DNA of 64,000 nucleotides, from the NCBI GenBank assembly GCA_964496095.1, contig CAZBWU010000005.1, positions 19,704 through 83,703 on the forward strand. The letters are read 5' to 3'. The stretch's first letter is position 1. Each line of letters begins with the position of its first letter. Made by a program: the position numbers and the translations under genes. The DNA is from an uncultured Gammaproteobacteria bacterium (GTDB taxonomy: Bacteria > Patescibacteriota > Patescibacteriia > Magasanikbacterales > GWA2-37-8). Positions 9,240-19,031 of the stretch are shown in pieces. A model generated the notes under the pieces. It was not told the DNA's origin. It saw only the letters and a list, made by a program, of their open reading frames with translations, and searched no databases.

Positions 9240-10517
9240 ATGAACAAATTAGTTGTACAACGACAAAGAGTAGGACCGATCCTTGGCAGACATCCATGGG
9301 TATTTTCTGGTGCCTTGCAACATATTCCCGAAGGCTTAAAAAGTGGCGACGCCGTGATGCTTGTAAATGAAGAGGGAGCTTTTTTGGCTCATGGTTATTT
9401 TAATTCCTATTCACAAATTGCGGTACGTCTTTGGAGCTGGGATGAAAATGAAGTTATAGATGCTAAATTTTTTGAAAAGAGAATTGCGAGTGCTTATGCT
9501 ATCAGAAAAAATCTTGTTGCTAGCCCCAAAACAGACTCTTATCGTTTGGTATATAGTGAAAATGATTTGCTACCAGGACTTATAGTTGATAAATACGCAG
9601 ATTGTCTGGTCTTGCAGTTTCATACCCCAGGCATGGAAGCTTGGAAAGATCAGATTGTTGGCGCATTGAAAAAAATTGTTAAACCAAAAGGTATTTATGA
9701 AAGATCTGATGTGCGGGATCGGCAGCGTCATGTCATTGCGACGCCGAATAATTCGGCGGAAGCAATCCCATCGGATGGTAGTGCTAACAGTTGGATTGCC
9801 GCGTCGTCCCAAACCGTTGGGACTCCTCGCAATGACAAAACCGGCCTGTTATATGGCAAAGTCCCGGAAAGAATAAAAATATCCGAGAATGGTTATAAGT
9901 TTTGGGTAGATGTAATTGGTGGCCAAAAAACCGGATTTTTTCTTGATCAAAGAGATAAGCGTCAGGCGTTGACCAGATATGTCAAAGGCAAAACTGTTGT
10001 GAACTGCTTTTCTTATTCCGGCGGTTTTAGTGTTTATGCTTTGGGCGCTGGCGCCAAAAAAGTTATTAGCGTAGATGCTTCTGAAAGCGCTTTGGAACTA
10101 GCCGTAGCCAATGTAAAACTAAATAAATTTGATACCAAAAAATGCGAGTTTATCGCCGGGGACGTCAAACAATATTTGGCAGATGCTCAAGCTGAAAAGA
10201 AAAAGTTTGATGTGATAATTCTTGACCCACCAGCTTTTGTCAAAGATAGGCATAAGGTAGCCGAAGGTATGATAGGCTATAAAAAAATAAACGAAGCAGC
10301 TCTGCGAATTTTATCACCAGACGGTATTTTAGTCTCTGCTTCTTGTTCAGCTCATGTATCACTCCTTGATTTTCGGCATATGCTGACTGAGTCTGCTGGT
10401 CGCGCTCGCCGGACTTTGCAGGTGCTTGAGACCTATACGCACGGCATAGACCATCCCGAATTGACTGCTTTTACCGAAGGGGAGTACCTGAAGTGTTTGT
10501 TTGCAAAAGTAGCATAA
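9240..10517 (+). CDS. rlmI: RlmI-like class I SAM-dependent rRNA methyltransferase carrying an in-frame palindromic insertion
   Basis: HPWVFSGA (PUA), END.LPGLIVD, GQKTGFFLDQR, FSYSGGF, DVIILDPPAF, EGEYLK. Confidence 0.88.
   Translation: MNKLVVQRQRVGPILGRHPWVFSGALQHIPEGLKSGDAVMLVNEEGAFLAHGYFNSYSQIAVRLWSWDENEVIDAKFFEKRIASAYAIRKNLVASPKTDSYRLVYSENDLLPGLIVDKYADCLVLQFHTPGMEAWKDQIVGALKKIVKPKGIYERSDVRDRQRHVIATPNNSAEAIPSDGSANSWIAASSQTVGTPRNDKTGLLYGKVPERIKISENGYKFWVDVIGGQKTGFFLDQRDKRQALTRYVKGKTVVNCFSYSGGFSVYALGAGAKKVISVDASESALELAVANVKLNKFDTKKCEFIAGDVKQYLADAQAEKKKFDVIILDPPAFVKDRHKVAEGMIGYKKINEAALRILSPDGILVSASCSAHVSLLDFRHMLTESAGRARRTLQVLETYTHGIDHPELTAFTEGEYLKCLFAKVA
9731..9837. repeat. RPE-like palindromic element inside rlmI
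   Basis: TGTCATTGCGA...GAAGCAATCC...GGATTGCCGCGTCG...CTCCTCGCAATGACA. Confidence 0.9.
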
Positions 10518-10558
10518 TTAGGATACAATTTTACTCAGTAGTCATAAAAATTTGTGAG

Positions 10559-11002
10559 ATGAAAAAAATTGCACTTATAGTATATGTGTTAGCATCGTTT
10601 GGTATTGTTGCAACAATGGTTATTGTAATGTCAGCGGTTATTTTTGATAACAGTGAATTGAGACCAAGCAGTGATCATGTAACCGATTATATTTCACCAA
10701 CCAGTCGTTATGCGGTAAGAACTCTCTACGACGATAATGAAAGCCCGATTGACATTGTCATAGTTGATGCTAAGAGTGGTGTGTCTGTTGCGGGTATTAG
10801 TCAGGATGCTTATTCGTACGAGATTAGTGAGATTAGTTCGACTATCAAGTTTATCCTCCGTGATAATGAAGGGGTAGAAACGGGAGTGTATGAATTTGAT
10901 ACAAAAAAAGGTGAGTGGATTAATTTACCTGAAATTAGTGATGAGCCAAGTTCATATAATGAGAAGAAGAATGATAGTATAAATTCAAATATCAAAAAAT
11001 AA
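10559..11002 (+). CDS. Hypothetical membrane-anchored or secreted protein
   Basis: MKKIALIV hydrophobic N-terminus from ATG 10559. Confidence 0.6.
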   Translation: MKKIALIVYVLASFGIVATMVIVMSAVIFDNSELRPSSDHVTDYISPTSRYAVRTLYDDNESPIDIVIVDAKSGVSVAGISQDAYSYEISEISSTIKFILRDNEGVETGVYEFDTKKGEWINLPEISDEPSSYNEKKNDSINSNIKK

Positions 11003-11028
11003 AATTAATTATTATTTTAATTCTAAGT

Positions 11029-12021
11029 ATGAATATTGCTATAAATGGGTTTGGAAGGATAGGAAGGCAAGCCTTCAAAGTCGCTTTTGCCAAAAAAATT
11101 AAAATCGTCGCAATTAATGATTTGACTGATACCAAAACTTTGGCGCACTTACTCAAGTACGATACTGCTTATGGTAAGTATGAATTGCCAGTTGAATACG
11201 ATGAGAAAAATTTGATTGTCAAAGGTAAAAAAATTCCCGTCTTTGCCGAGAAAGACCCTAGTGTTTTGCCTTGGGGCAAATTAAAAGTAGATGTAGTACT
11301 AGAATGTACTGGCAGATTCACCGACAAGGACGGTGCAAGTTTGCACCTCAAAGCTGGTGCCAAAAAGGTAGTGATTAGCGCCCCAGCCAAGGGTGGCGAT
11401 GTGCCGACTTATGTCCGCGCGGTAAATTGTGCAAAGTGCAAAAAAGAAACTTCACCAGTAATCAATAATGCTTCTTGTACTACTAACAATATTGGACCAG
11501 TCATGGCTGTGCTTAATGAAAAATTCGGCATAGAAAAAGCAATGATGACCACCGCTCACGGCTATACTGCCGATCAAAATTTGCAAGACGGTCCGCATAG
11601 AGATTTGCGTCGTGCTAGAGCCGCGGCCGAAAATATTGTACCAACTACTACTGGTGCTGCTATTGCCGTTACCGAAGTTATTCCAGGATTGGTAGGTGTC
11701 TTTGATGGTTTGTCATTGCGTGTGCCAGTACCAACCGTGTCTGTATCGGATATGACAATCTTGTTGAAAAAAAATGTGACCAGAGATGAGGTAAATAAAG
11801 CGCTCGTTGACGCCTCCAAAACCGAAAGATTTAATGGAGTACTCACAACTACCAACGAACAGCTTGTCTCGTCTGATTTTATCGGTGATACTCACTCTGC
11901 TACAGTTGATTTGAGTCTGACAAATGTAGTAGGTGGAAATTTAGTCAAAGTTGTGGCATGGTATGATAATGAAACTGGTTATGCAAATAGGTTAGTTGAG
12001 ATTGCGGAGTTGTATGTTTAA
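11029..12021 (+). CDS. gap: Glyceraldehyde-3-phosphate dehydrogenase, type I
   Basis: INGFGRIGR, NASCTTN, WYDNE. Confidence 0.97.
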   Translation: MNIAINGFGRIGRQAFKVAFAKKIKIVAINDLTDTKTLAHLLKYDTAYGKYELPVEYDEKNLIVKGKKIPVFAEKDPSVLPWGKLKVDVVLECTGRFTDKDGASLHLKAGAKKVVISAPAKGGDVPTYVRAVNCAKCKKETSPVINNASCTTNNIGPVMAVLNEKFGIEKAMMTTAHGYTADQNLQDGPHRDLRRARAAAENIVPTTTGAAIAVTEVIPGLVGVFDGLSLRVPVPTVSVSDMTILLKKNVTRDEVNKALVDASKTERFNGVLTTTNEQLVSSDFIGDTHSATVDLSLTNVVGGNLVKVVAWYDNETGYANRLVEIAELYV

Positions 12022-12030
12022 TATATTTTT

Positions 12031-12531
12031 ATGAAAAAATTAGCGTTGTGGTTATTGCCAGTAATTACCTTACTCATTGGTTTTTACTTAGGTTCAATGA
12101 ATGAAAGTTGGAATATTAGAGCGTCCAATTTAAAATCAGCCAAGGGCTCGCTTGTTATTCAACAAGATGAGCCAATTTTTACTTTTGATATACCTGCAGG
12201 CTATGAAACAACTACCTGGGATGGTACTGTGTTATTATGGAAAAAGGGCAGATCTAAGCCTGGCCAGGACGCCGATGCCCACGCCGATTTATTTGCTTAT
12301 GTAAATAGGACAGGTCAAAGTACCCTGCAGCTTACTTCATCAAACCCGAAGCTGCTTCGATCTTTTAGCGTGAATGGGCATGCTGCCAGTTACTATAAAT
12401 TAGCTGATGAGCAGGCTGGTAATCCGTATTTGGTCATCATTGATCTTAATGGTCCTTTGATTGAAATTGAGAGTGCAGATCAAAAATTATTAGATGACGT
12501 TTTAAAAACGTTTAAAGTAGATAACAATTAA
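12031..12531 (+). CDS. Hypothetical secreted protein
   Basis: Signal-like N-terminus; no recognised motif. Confidence 0.6.
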   Translation: MKKLALWLLPVITLLIGFYLGSMNESWNIRASNLKSAKGSLVIQQDEPIFTFDIPAGYETTTWDGTVLLWKKGRSKPGQDADAHADLFAYVNRTGQSTLQLTSSNPKLLRSFSVNGHAASYYKLADEQAGNPYLVIIDLNGPLIEIESADQKLLDDVLKTFKVDNN

Positions 12532-12535
12532 AATT

Positions 12536-13927
12536 ATGAATCGTATTCTCTCAACAGAAACAGCGGATAAAGTTGGTCAGGAAGTTTTGCTCAAAGGCTG
12601 GGTCAATGCCCGCCGAAATATGGGTAAGATTGTCTTTTTGGATTTGCGTGATCGTGAGGGTATTGTGCAGGTAGTGGGAGTGCCAAGCGAACTGGATGAA
12701 CAGTCTGTGGAGCTTCTCAAAGACGTGCGTCCAGAATGGGTATTAGAAATTCATGGCGTGGTAAATGAACGTGGAGCTAAACAAAAAAATCCAGATATGC
12801 CAACTGGTAATGTGGAAGTATTAATGAAAAAATTAGTGATTCTTAATACTGCCGAAACACCTCCGTTTGAAATAGATAAAGATACAAAGGGGATTGGTGA
12901 AGAACTAAGATTAAAATATCGCTATTTGGATTTACGTTCTCAGAGAATGTTAAAAAATTTAGTTTTACGTGATAAGGTAGAAACTTTTTTCCGCGAATAT
13001 TTGCATGCCAAAAATTTTATCGAAGTGGAAACTCCAAATCTTACCAAAGGCACACCGGAAGGATCGCGCGAGTTTTTGGTTCCGTCTCGTATTCATCCAG
13101 GACAAATGTATGTTTTACCTCAATCACCACAACAATTCAAACAACTTTTGATGGTTGGTGGCGTGGAAAAATATTTTCAAGTAGCTAGATGTTTCCGCGA
13201 TGAAGACCAAAGAGGTGATCGTCAACCAGAATTTACCCAACTTGATTTGGAAATGTCTTTTGTAGAAAGAGAAGATGTTTTGAATTTGGTAGAAAATATG
13301 ATGGTAGAAATGGTAGCCAAAATTGCTCCAGAAAAAAAGATTCAGACTGTTCCGTTTCCACGTATTACCTATAAAGAAGCGATGGAAAAATATAATTCGG
13401 ACAAACCGGATTTACGCGCCGACAAAAATGACCAAAACTCTTTTGCTTTTGAGTGGGTGGTAGATTTTCCAATGTTTGAAAAAGCAGACGACGGTTCGGT
13501 GCAAGCCGTACATCATCCGTTTACTTCTCCTCTACCTGAGGATGCCGAGTTGCTTGCTGTTGATCCGTTCAAGGTTCGTGCTAATGCTTATGACTTGGTT
13601 CTCAATGGTAATGAAATTTTCGGTGGTAGTATCCGTATTCATAAACGAGATTTGCAAAATAAAGTTTTTGAGTTGCTTGGCTTGGATGCAGAAACAATTC
13701 AACAAAGATTTGGTCATATTTTGGAAGCCTTTACTTTTGGCGCGCCTCCTCATGGTGGTATCGCCTCCGGTATAGATAGAATCCTTATGATTCTGGCCAA
13801 CGAAGAAAATATTCGTGAAGTTATTCCTTTCCCAAAGACCGGTGACGCGAGAGATCTGATGATGAATGCACCGTCACCGATGCCAGATAAGGCTTTGAAG
13901 GATGTGCATATAAAAATTGATAAATAA
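12536..13927 (+). CDS. aspS: Aspartate-tRNA ligase (short form lacking most of the GAD insertion)
   Basis: FLDLRD, LPQSPQQFKQLLM, CFRDED.RGDRQPEFTQLD, GAPPHGG; only 463 aa. Confidence 0.95.
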   Translation: MNRILSTETADKVGQEVLLKGWVNARRNMGKIVFLDLRDREGIVQVVGVPSELDEQSVELLKDVRPEWVLEIHGVVNERGAKQKNPDMPTGNVEVLMKKLVILNTAETPPFEIDKDTKGIGEELRLKYRYLDLRSQRMLKNLVLRDKVETFFREYLHAKNFIEVETPNLTKGTPEGSREFLVPSRIHPGQMYVLPQSPQQFKQLLMVGGVEKYFQVARCFRDEDQRGDRQPEFTQLDLEMSFVEREDVLNLVENMMVEMVAKIAPEKKIQTVPFPRITYKEAMEKYNSDKPDLRADKNDQNSFAFEWVVDFPMFEKADDGSVQAVHHPFTSPLPEDAELLAVDPFKVRANAYDLVLNGNEIFGGSIRIHKRDLQNKVFELLGLDAETIQQRFGHILEAFTFGAPPHGGIASGIDRILMILANEENIREVIPFPKTGDARDLMMNAPSPMPDKALKDVHIKIDK

Positions 13928-13931
13928 AATC

Positions 13932-14627
13932 ATGTCCGCCGAATTAAAATTAGAAAAATTTGAAGGACCTCTGGATTTATTATTGCAACTGATTGATCAA
14001 GAAAAGTTAAGTATTACTGAAGTGGCGATATCCAAAGTCACGGAACAGTTTTTTTTGTATTTAGACAAGTTAGAAGAAGATCGTCCGGAAAAGTTGGCAG
14101 ATTTTTTGGTGGTAGCCACCAAGCTTATCCATCTCAAATCTCATAGTCTATTGCAATACGCCATGCCCGAGACAGAGGATAATGGTCCGGCGCTCGCTGA
14201 TCAATTGAAATTATATAAACAGTATGTAGATGCGAGCCGTACTATTAGCAGTTTCTGGGAAGAGGGCAAGGTCGCTTATGGCAGATTGGAACCGCCGATA
14301 AAAAACAAAGAATTTGTTTTGCCAAGTAATGTCAATCAGGACAATTTATATAAGGCAATGACTGTATTGTTGCGCCGACTAAAGCCGGTTGAGGCTTTAC
14401 CAAAAGTGACAATAGATCATTCGGTGTCTGTCAAACAAAAAATAGATATTATTCGTAATTTATTAAAAGGTAGTAAAGAATTTAGTTTTAATACTTTGCT
14501 ATCATCTGCCCAAAATAAAACTGAAGTAATTATGAATTTTTTGGCCGTGTTGGAACTGTTAAAAGAAAAGTCTATTTTTGTAAAACAAAGCCTGTCATTT
14601 GATGATATGCTAATTGTAAAAAAATAA
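13932..14627 (+). CDS. scpA: Segregation and condensation protein A
   Basis: FEGPLDLLLQLI, FLAVLEL. Confidence 0.92.
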   Translation: MSAELKLEKFEGPLDLLLQLIDQEKLSITEVAISKVTEQFFLYLDKLEEDRPEKLADFLVVATKLIHLKSHSLLQYAMPETEDNGPALADQLKLYKQYVDASRTISSFWEEGKVAYGRLEPPIKNKEFVLPSNVNQDNLYKAMTVLLRRLKPVEALPKVTIDHSVSVKQKIDIIRNLLKGSKEFSFNTLLSSAQNKTEVIMNFLAVLELLKEKSIFVKQSLSFDDMLIVKK

Positions 14628-14630
14628 ATT

Positions 14631-15167
14631 ATGTCTATCCAATCAAAATTAGAATCAGTTCTCTTTGTTGCTTCCAAGCCAGTCGCTACTAAAAAATTAG
14701 TGAGTGTATTGAAGACAGATGAAAAGGAAGTTTTGGAAGCTTTGCAAACTTTACAAGACAAATATAATCAGCCTGATTTTGGGATTGTGATTCTAAAAAA
14801 TAATGACGAATGGCAGATGGTGGCTAGTCCTGATAATAGAGAAGAAGCCGAAAATTTTATGAAGGCCGAAGTGTCTGGAGAGCTTACTCGTCCTCAGCTA
14901 GAAACTCTGACTGTTATTTCTTATTGTGGACCAATTACCAAGCCAGAACTAGAACAAATCAGAGGTGTGAACTGCGGTCTCATTTTGCGTAATCTGATGT
15001 TGCGCGGATTAGTAAAAGAAAACGAAGACACTTCTAGCTTGTTGCCAGCGTATGAAACTACAATGGAATACCTAAGACACATGGGAATAAACAAGTTGGA
15101 GGATTTGCCAGATTATGCTCAGCTACATAATCATCCTTATATTACGAATTTAAATAATGAACAGTAA
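14631..15167 (+). CDS. scpB: Segregation and condensation protein B
   Basis: LETLTVISY..PITKPELEQIRGVN. Confidence 0.93.
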   Translation: MSIQSKLESVLFVASKPVATKKLVSVLKTDEKEVLEALQTLQDKYNQPDFGIVILKNNDEWQMVASPDNREEAENFMKAEVSGELTRPQLETLTVISYCGPITKPELEQIRGVNCGLILRNLMLRGLVKENEDTSSLLPAYETTMEYLRHMGINKLEDLPDYAQLHNHPYITNLNNEQ

Positions 15168-16188
15168 GGTTCCTATGCCCACCAAAATCACAGATTTTCT
15201 TTCCTCGTTTGGCATGATGCTTGCCGGTATTTTTTTGCTATTTTTTTCTTCTGTATATTTTTCATCTGATAAAAATCTTTCTTTTTTACATTTACCAACC
15301 AGTGGTAAACGTACCGCCACTGTCGGTGGAGATATTGCTATAGAAAATTTGCCGGTAAGCAAACCAATTGTACCGCTGCCTAAAAATACAGGAATGTTTA
15401 ATAGTCCGCTCACTGCTGTCTCAGCCATAGTACTTGATACCAAAACTAAAACTGTTTTATTTAAAAAAAACACAGATGAAATCAGACCGCTCGCTAGTAT
15501 CACAAAACTCATGTCTGTCATGGTGTTGCTTGATTTGTCGCCAAATTGGAATGCTACCGCCACTATTACCGAAGCCGATTTGGATGCGGATCATCACGTG
15601 GAGGTGGGGGAGACATTTACGCTTGATGATTTATGGCACGCGGTGCTCATCGGATCTTCTAATACGGCTATCAATGCCTTGGTGCGCAGCACCGGTCTGA
15701 CCACTGAACAGTTTGTTTTAAAAATGAATCAGAAAGGGCAGGAGTTACGTTTGAAGTCCGCATTTTTTGATGAGCCGACTGGTTTGTCAGATAAAAATGT
15801 AGCCAGCGCTTTGGATACGGCCAGAATGCTTATTGATGCGCTTAAGTTTGAAAAAATTTATGACACCGTGCAGATAAGCGAATATTATATCCATCCTCTT
15901 CAAAGCAAAAAAGCAAGAAGAATCTGGACCACGAATTGGCTTCTTACTAACTGGGTGCCAAATAATTTTAAAGTAGAAAACATTGCGGGCAAGACTGGCT
16001 ATATCGATAATTCAGGTTATAACTTTGCGGTTAGTTTGGGTGATGACAAGGATCATAATATTACCGTAGTTGTTTTGGGCGCAGCCACCAATGAAGAAAG
16101 ATTTAGCGAGGCTCGCGATTTGGCAAAGTGGACTTTTGATCATTATCTCTGGCCGGATCAGGATGGGTATGAGGGGTTGGTGGAGTAA
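15157..16188 (+). CDS. D-alanyl-D-alanine carboxypeptidase/endopeptidase (peptidase S11)
   Basis: ASITKL (SxxK), SSN (SxN), GKTGY (KTG). Confidence 0.88.
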   Translation: MNSKVPMPTKITDFLSSFGMMLAGIFLLFFSSVYFSSDKNLSFLHLPTSGKRTATVGGDIAIENLPVSKPIVPLPKNTGMFNSPLTAVSAIVLDTKTKTVLFKKNTDEIRPLASITKLMSVMVLLDLSPNWNATATITEADLDADHHVEVGETFTLDDLWHAVLIGSSNTAINALVRSTGLTTEQFVLKMNQKGQELRLKSAFFDEPTGLSDKNVASALDTARMLIDALKFEKIYDTVQISEYYIHPLQSKKARRIWTTNWLLTNWVPNNFKVENIAGKTGYIDNSGYNFAVSLGDDKDHNITVVVLGAATNEERFSEARDLAKWTFDHYLWPDQDGYEGLVE

Positions 16189-16258
16189 AATTAAATTATT
16201 TATGTACAAAAATGGAAGAAAGTGTTAATTTATATATTAATTTACTAATTTTAAACTT

Positions 16259-16549
16259 ATGACAAGAGAATCTATAGGTGAAAAAGTACCAGTTAATGCG
16301 GGTGAAGCAAAAGCAAGCCTGCTTCAGTATTTGGGAGGCTCGGAAAGTGATTTAGATCCTAGAGCACTTAGTTTTTATTTTGGCACTTATGACGTCCCCG
16401 AGGAGGCGATTAAAGATGTGGAAGTCCAAGCTCGGGTCGATCGTTTGCTAACAGAATTTGCTGAACCCACCGAAATAGGTGTAAGTGAATATGCGATAAG
16501 GCAAGAAAAGAAAATAGCGGATCTGCTAACTGGATTATTTAAAGGTTAG
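16259..16549 (+). CDS. Hypothetical protein
   Basis: 96-aa ORF filling an intergenic gap; no motif. Confidence 0.5.
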   Translation: MTRESIGEKVPVNAGEAKASLLQYLGGSESDLDPRALSFYFGTYDVPEEAIKDVEVQARVDRLLTEFAEPTEIGVSEYAIRQEKKIADLLTGLFKG

Positions 16550-16627
16550 TTTGACAGCATCTTCTCCAAATGTAACAAAAGTAGTATAATTGTATTATCT
16601 ATTATATGTAGTTTTTGTTTTTTAAGT

Positions 16628-16719
16628 TGTCATCCCGAGAGGGGTTAACACCCCCGAGGGATCTCTGTCCGGTTACCGTTGATTGAGACAGAGATTCCTC
16701 CTTCGTCGTCGGAATGACA
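16628..16719. repeat. TGTCAT...ATGACA palindromic repeat, subtype A, upstream of pgk
   Basis: 92 bp; near-identical to 18927-19018. Confidence 0.9.
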
Positions 16720-16733
16720 AAAACATTTTTAAG

Positions 16734-17900
16734 ATGAAATCCGTTGAACATCTTGGAAAATTAATCGGCAAAACCGTACTCTTGCGAGTTGATTTTAATG
16801 TTCCGCTCAAAGGCAAGAAAGTTTTGGATAATTATAAAATAAAAAAGAGTTTGGGCACTATCAAGTTTTTGGTTGAGCGTGGAGCAAGGGTAATTATTGT
16901 AAGTCATCTAGGTAGACCAGTCGGAGTAGATAAAAAACTGAGTCTCAAGCCGGTTGCTTTAGAACTTGGTAAATTCTTACAGAAAGATGTGCCGTTGCTG
17001 GATGTTTTGAATTTAACAAAAACAAAAATTCAAATTGAAAAATTATCACCTGCGACAGTGGTAATGTTAGAAAATATACGTTTTGTTAAAGGCGAAGAGG
17101 ATAATTCGGATAAGTTTGCCAAGGAGTTAGCTGCGTTGGCAGATATGTTCGTCTTAGACGGATTTGCGGTAGCGCATCGCCAATCTGCGTCTGTCTCAGG
17201 AGTGGCCAAATTTTTACCATCGTATGCCGGTTTACTTTTGGAAGAAGAAATCCAAGGGTTGGATAGAGTGGTCAAGAAACCAAAAAAACCACTGGTGTTA
17301 GTGCTAGGCGGAATCAAGATGGAAACAAAAATAAATGTTTTAAAAAATTTCTTAAAAATTGCCGATTACATCCTCGTGGGCGGGGGAATATTTAATACGT
17401 ATCTCTGGGCCAAGGGCTATAAAATCGGTTCGTCACTAGTTGATAAAAAATTTAAAAAAGAAATTTTGGAATACTGCGCTAAGAAAAAAATTATTCTACC
17501 AGTCGATGTAATTGTTGGTCCGGCTAACGGTAAGAAGGCTAAGGCAGTAGGAGTTAAAGATATTAAGTTAAAGCCGGGTGTTAGTATTTATGATCTCGGT
17601 CCGCAAACAATCAAACTATTTTCTAAATATATCAAAAAAGCGCAAACATTGGTGTGGAATGGGGCGATGGGAAATTTTGAACAGCACCCATACGAATATG
17701 CTACTTATTCAGTAGCGCACCTGATAGCTTCTCAGTCTAAGAGAAAAGCATTTGGAGTGGTAGGTGGAGGAGAGACAATTGAAATATTTAAAAAATTAAA
17801 TCTACTATCTGATATTGATTTGGCTTCTACTGGAGGCGGATCTATGCTAGAATATATCAGTGGAAAGAAATTACCTGGTATCGAAGCGTTAAAGAATTAA
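16734..17900 (+). CDS. pgk: Phosphoglycerate kinase (start moved to ATG 16734)
   Basis: LRVDFNVP, SHLGRP, LENIRF, STGGGSMLE. Confidence 0.95.
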   Translation: MKSVEHLGKLIGKTVLLRVDFNVPLKGKKVLDNYKIKKSLGTIKFLVERGARVIIVSHLGRPVGVDKKLSLKPVALELGKFLQKDVPLLDVLNLTKTKIQIEKLSPATVVMLENIRFVKGEEDNSDKFAKELAALADMFVLDGFAVAHRQSASVSGVAKFLPSYAGLLLEEEIQGLDRVVKKPKKPLVLVLGGIKMETKINVLKNFLKIADYILVGGGIFNTYLWAKGYKIGSSLVDKKFKKEILEYCAKKKIILPVDVIVGPANGKKAKAVGVKDIKLKPGVSIYDLGPQTIKLFSKYIKKAQTLVWNGAMGNFEQHPYEYATYSVAHLIASQSKRKAFGVVGGGETIEIFKKLNLLSDIDLASTGGGSMLEYISGKKLPGIEALKN

Positions 17901-17965
17901 AATTTTTATTAATTAATAATCTGAATCGTTTGCTTTACGCAATATGATTCGTAAGGAGATAATTT

Positions 17966-18826
17966 ATGCCTTTACCAACAGGCGGAAATAAGCCGGAACA
18001 AGCAGTCAGTAGTATGAATGTGGGAAGTAGTTGTGGAAAATGTATGGGAGCATGCCATCACCATTTTGGCAAAAAAATAATGTGGACAGTTGTGGGAATT
18101 CTTTTGGTTTATGGAGTTTTTTATGTTGGTACTTTGATTCGAAACAATGTCAAAGAGTATGATTTTATTGGCAAAGCGCCACGCATGGAACGAAGTATTA
18201 ATATAAATGGTTTTGGTAAAGTTACAGGCAATAATGATATTGCCATGACTACAATTGGTTATTCCAACACCAATAAAGATGTAGCTGTAGCTCAAGTAGA
18301 AAACAAGAAAGTAATGGATCAAATTTTCGCGGAACTGAAAAAAATTGGTGTAGATGAAAAAGATTTGCAAAGCAATTACAGTATTTATCCTGAGTATAAT
18401 TACACCCAAGAAAAAGGCCAGGAACTTAAGGGTTATAAAGTTAGTAACAGTTTGACTATCAAGATTCGCGATCTTAATAAAATTAGCAATATCTTAGGTT
18501 TGGCTGGTAAATTTGGCGCTACTGAAGTTAATGGTTTAAACTTTACTATTGATGATACTGAGAATTTGAAAGCTCAAGCTAGAGAAAAAGCTTTGGTTGA
18601 CGCTAGAGCCAAGGCAGAGGTTTTGGCTAGCAAGTTGCATGTGCGTTTAGGTGGATTGATCAGTTATTATGAGAGTGAAGTAATGCCTGATATGTATGCA
18701 GTTAAGAGCTATGACATGGCTATGGGCATGGGAGGCGCACCAATGAATGCTGGTCCGGCCGCCGTTTCTTCTGGTAGTAAAGAAGTTAGTATGAATGTCA
18801 ATGTCATGTACGAAATTTTACAGTAG
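17966..18826 (+). CDS. SIMPL (DUF541) domain protein
   Basis: TM helix, YSIYPEY, AREKALVDARAKAE, V.V.Y C-terminus. Confidence 0.85.
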   Translation: MPLPTGGNKPEQAVSSMNVGSSCGKCMGACHHHFGKKIMWTVVGILLVYGVFYVGTLIRNNVKEYDFIGKAPRMERSININGFGKVTGNNDIAMTTIGYSNTNKDVAVAQVENKKVMDQIFAELKKIGVDEKDLQSNYSIYPEYNYTQEKGQELKGYKVSNSLTIKIRDLNKISNILGLAGKFGATEVNGLNFTIDDTENLKAQAREKALVDARAKAEVLASKLHVRLGGLISYYESEVMPDMYAVKSYDMAMGMGGAPMNAGPAAVSSGSKEVSMNVNVMYEILQ

Positions 18827-18834
18827 TTATAGCC

Positions 18835-18872
18835 AAAAAAAGCCCTGTCCTTATCAAAGGCGGGGCTTTTTT
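18835..18872 (+). terminator. Intrinsic terminator
   Basis: AAAAAAAGCCCTGTC...GGCGGGGCTTTTTT. Confidence 0.7.
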
Positions 18873-18926
18873 GTTTGAAAACATTGTGATATACTAGATT
18901 TAATAAACTAAAGCTTAACTTTTTAT

Positions 18927-19018
18927 TGTCATCCCGAGTGGGGTAAACACCCCCGAGAGATCTCTGTCCGGTTACTGTTGATTGGGACAGAGATTCCTCC
19001 TTTGTTGTCGGAATGACA
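18927..19018. repeat. TGTCAT...ATGACA palindromic repeat, subtype A, upstream of eno
   Basis: 92-bp copy of 16628-16719. Confidence 0.9.
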
Positions 19019-19031
19019 GAAATTATTTTGT

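Noticed and set aside
16683-16733. N-terminal extension of the pgk ORF (MRQRFLLRRR...)
   Set aside because: Translation of the upstream palindromic repeat from a non-ATG start; Pgk homology begins at ATG 16734.
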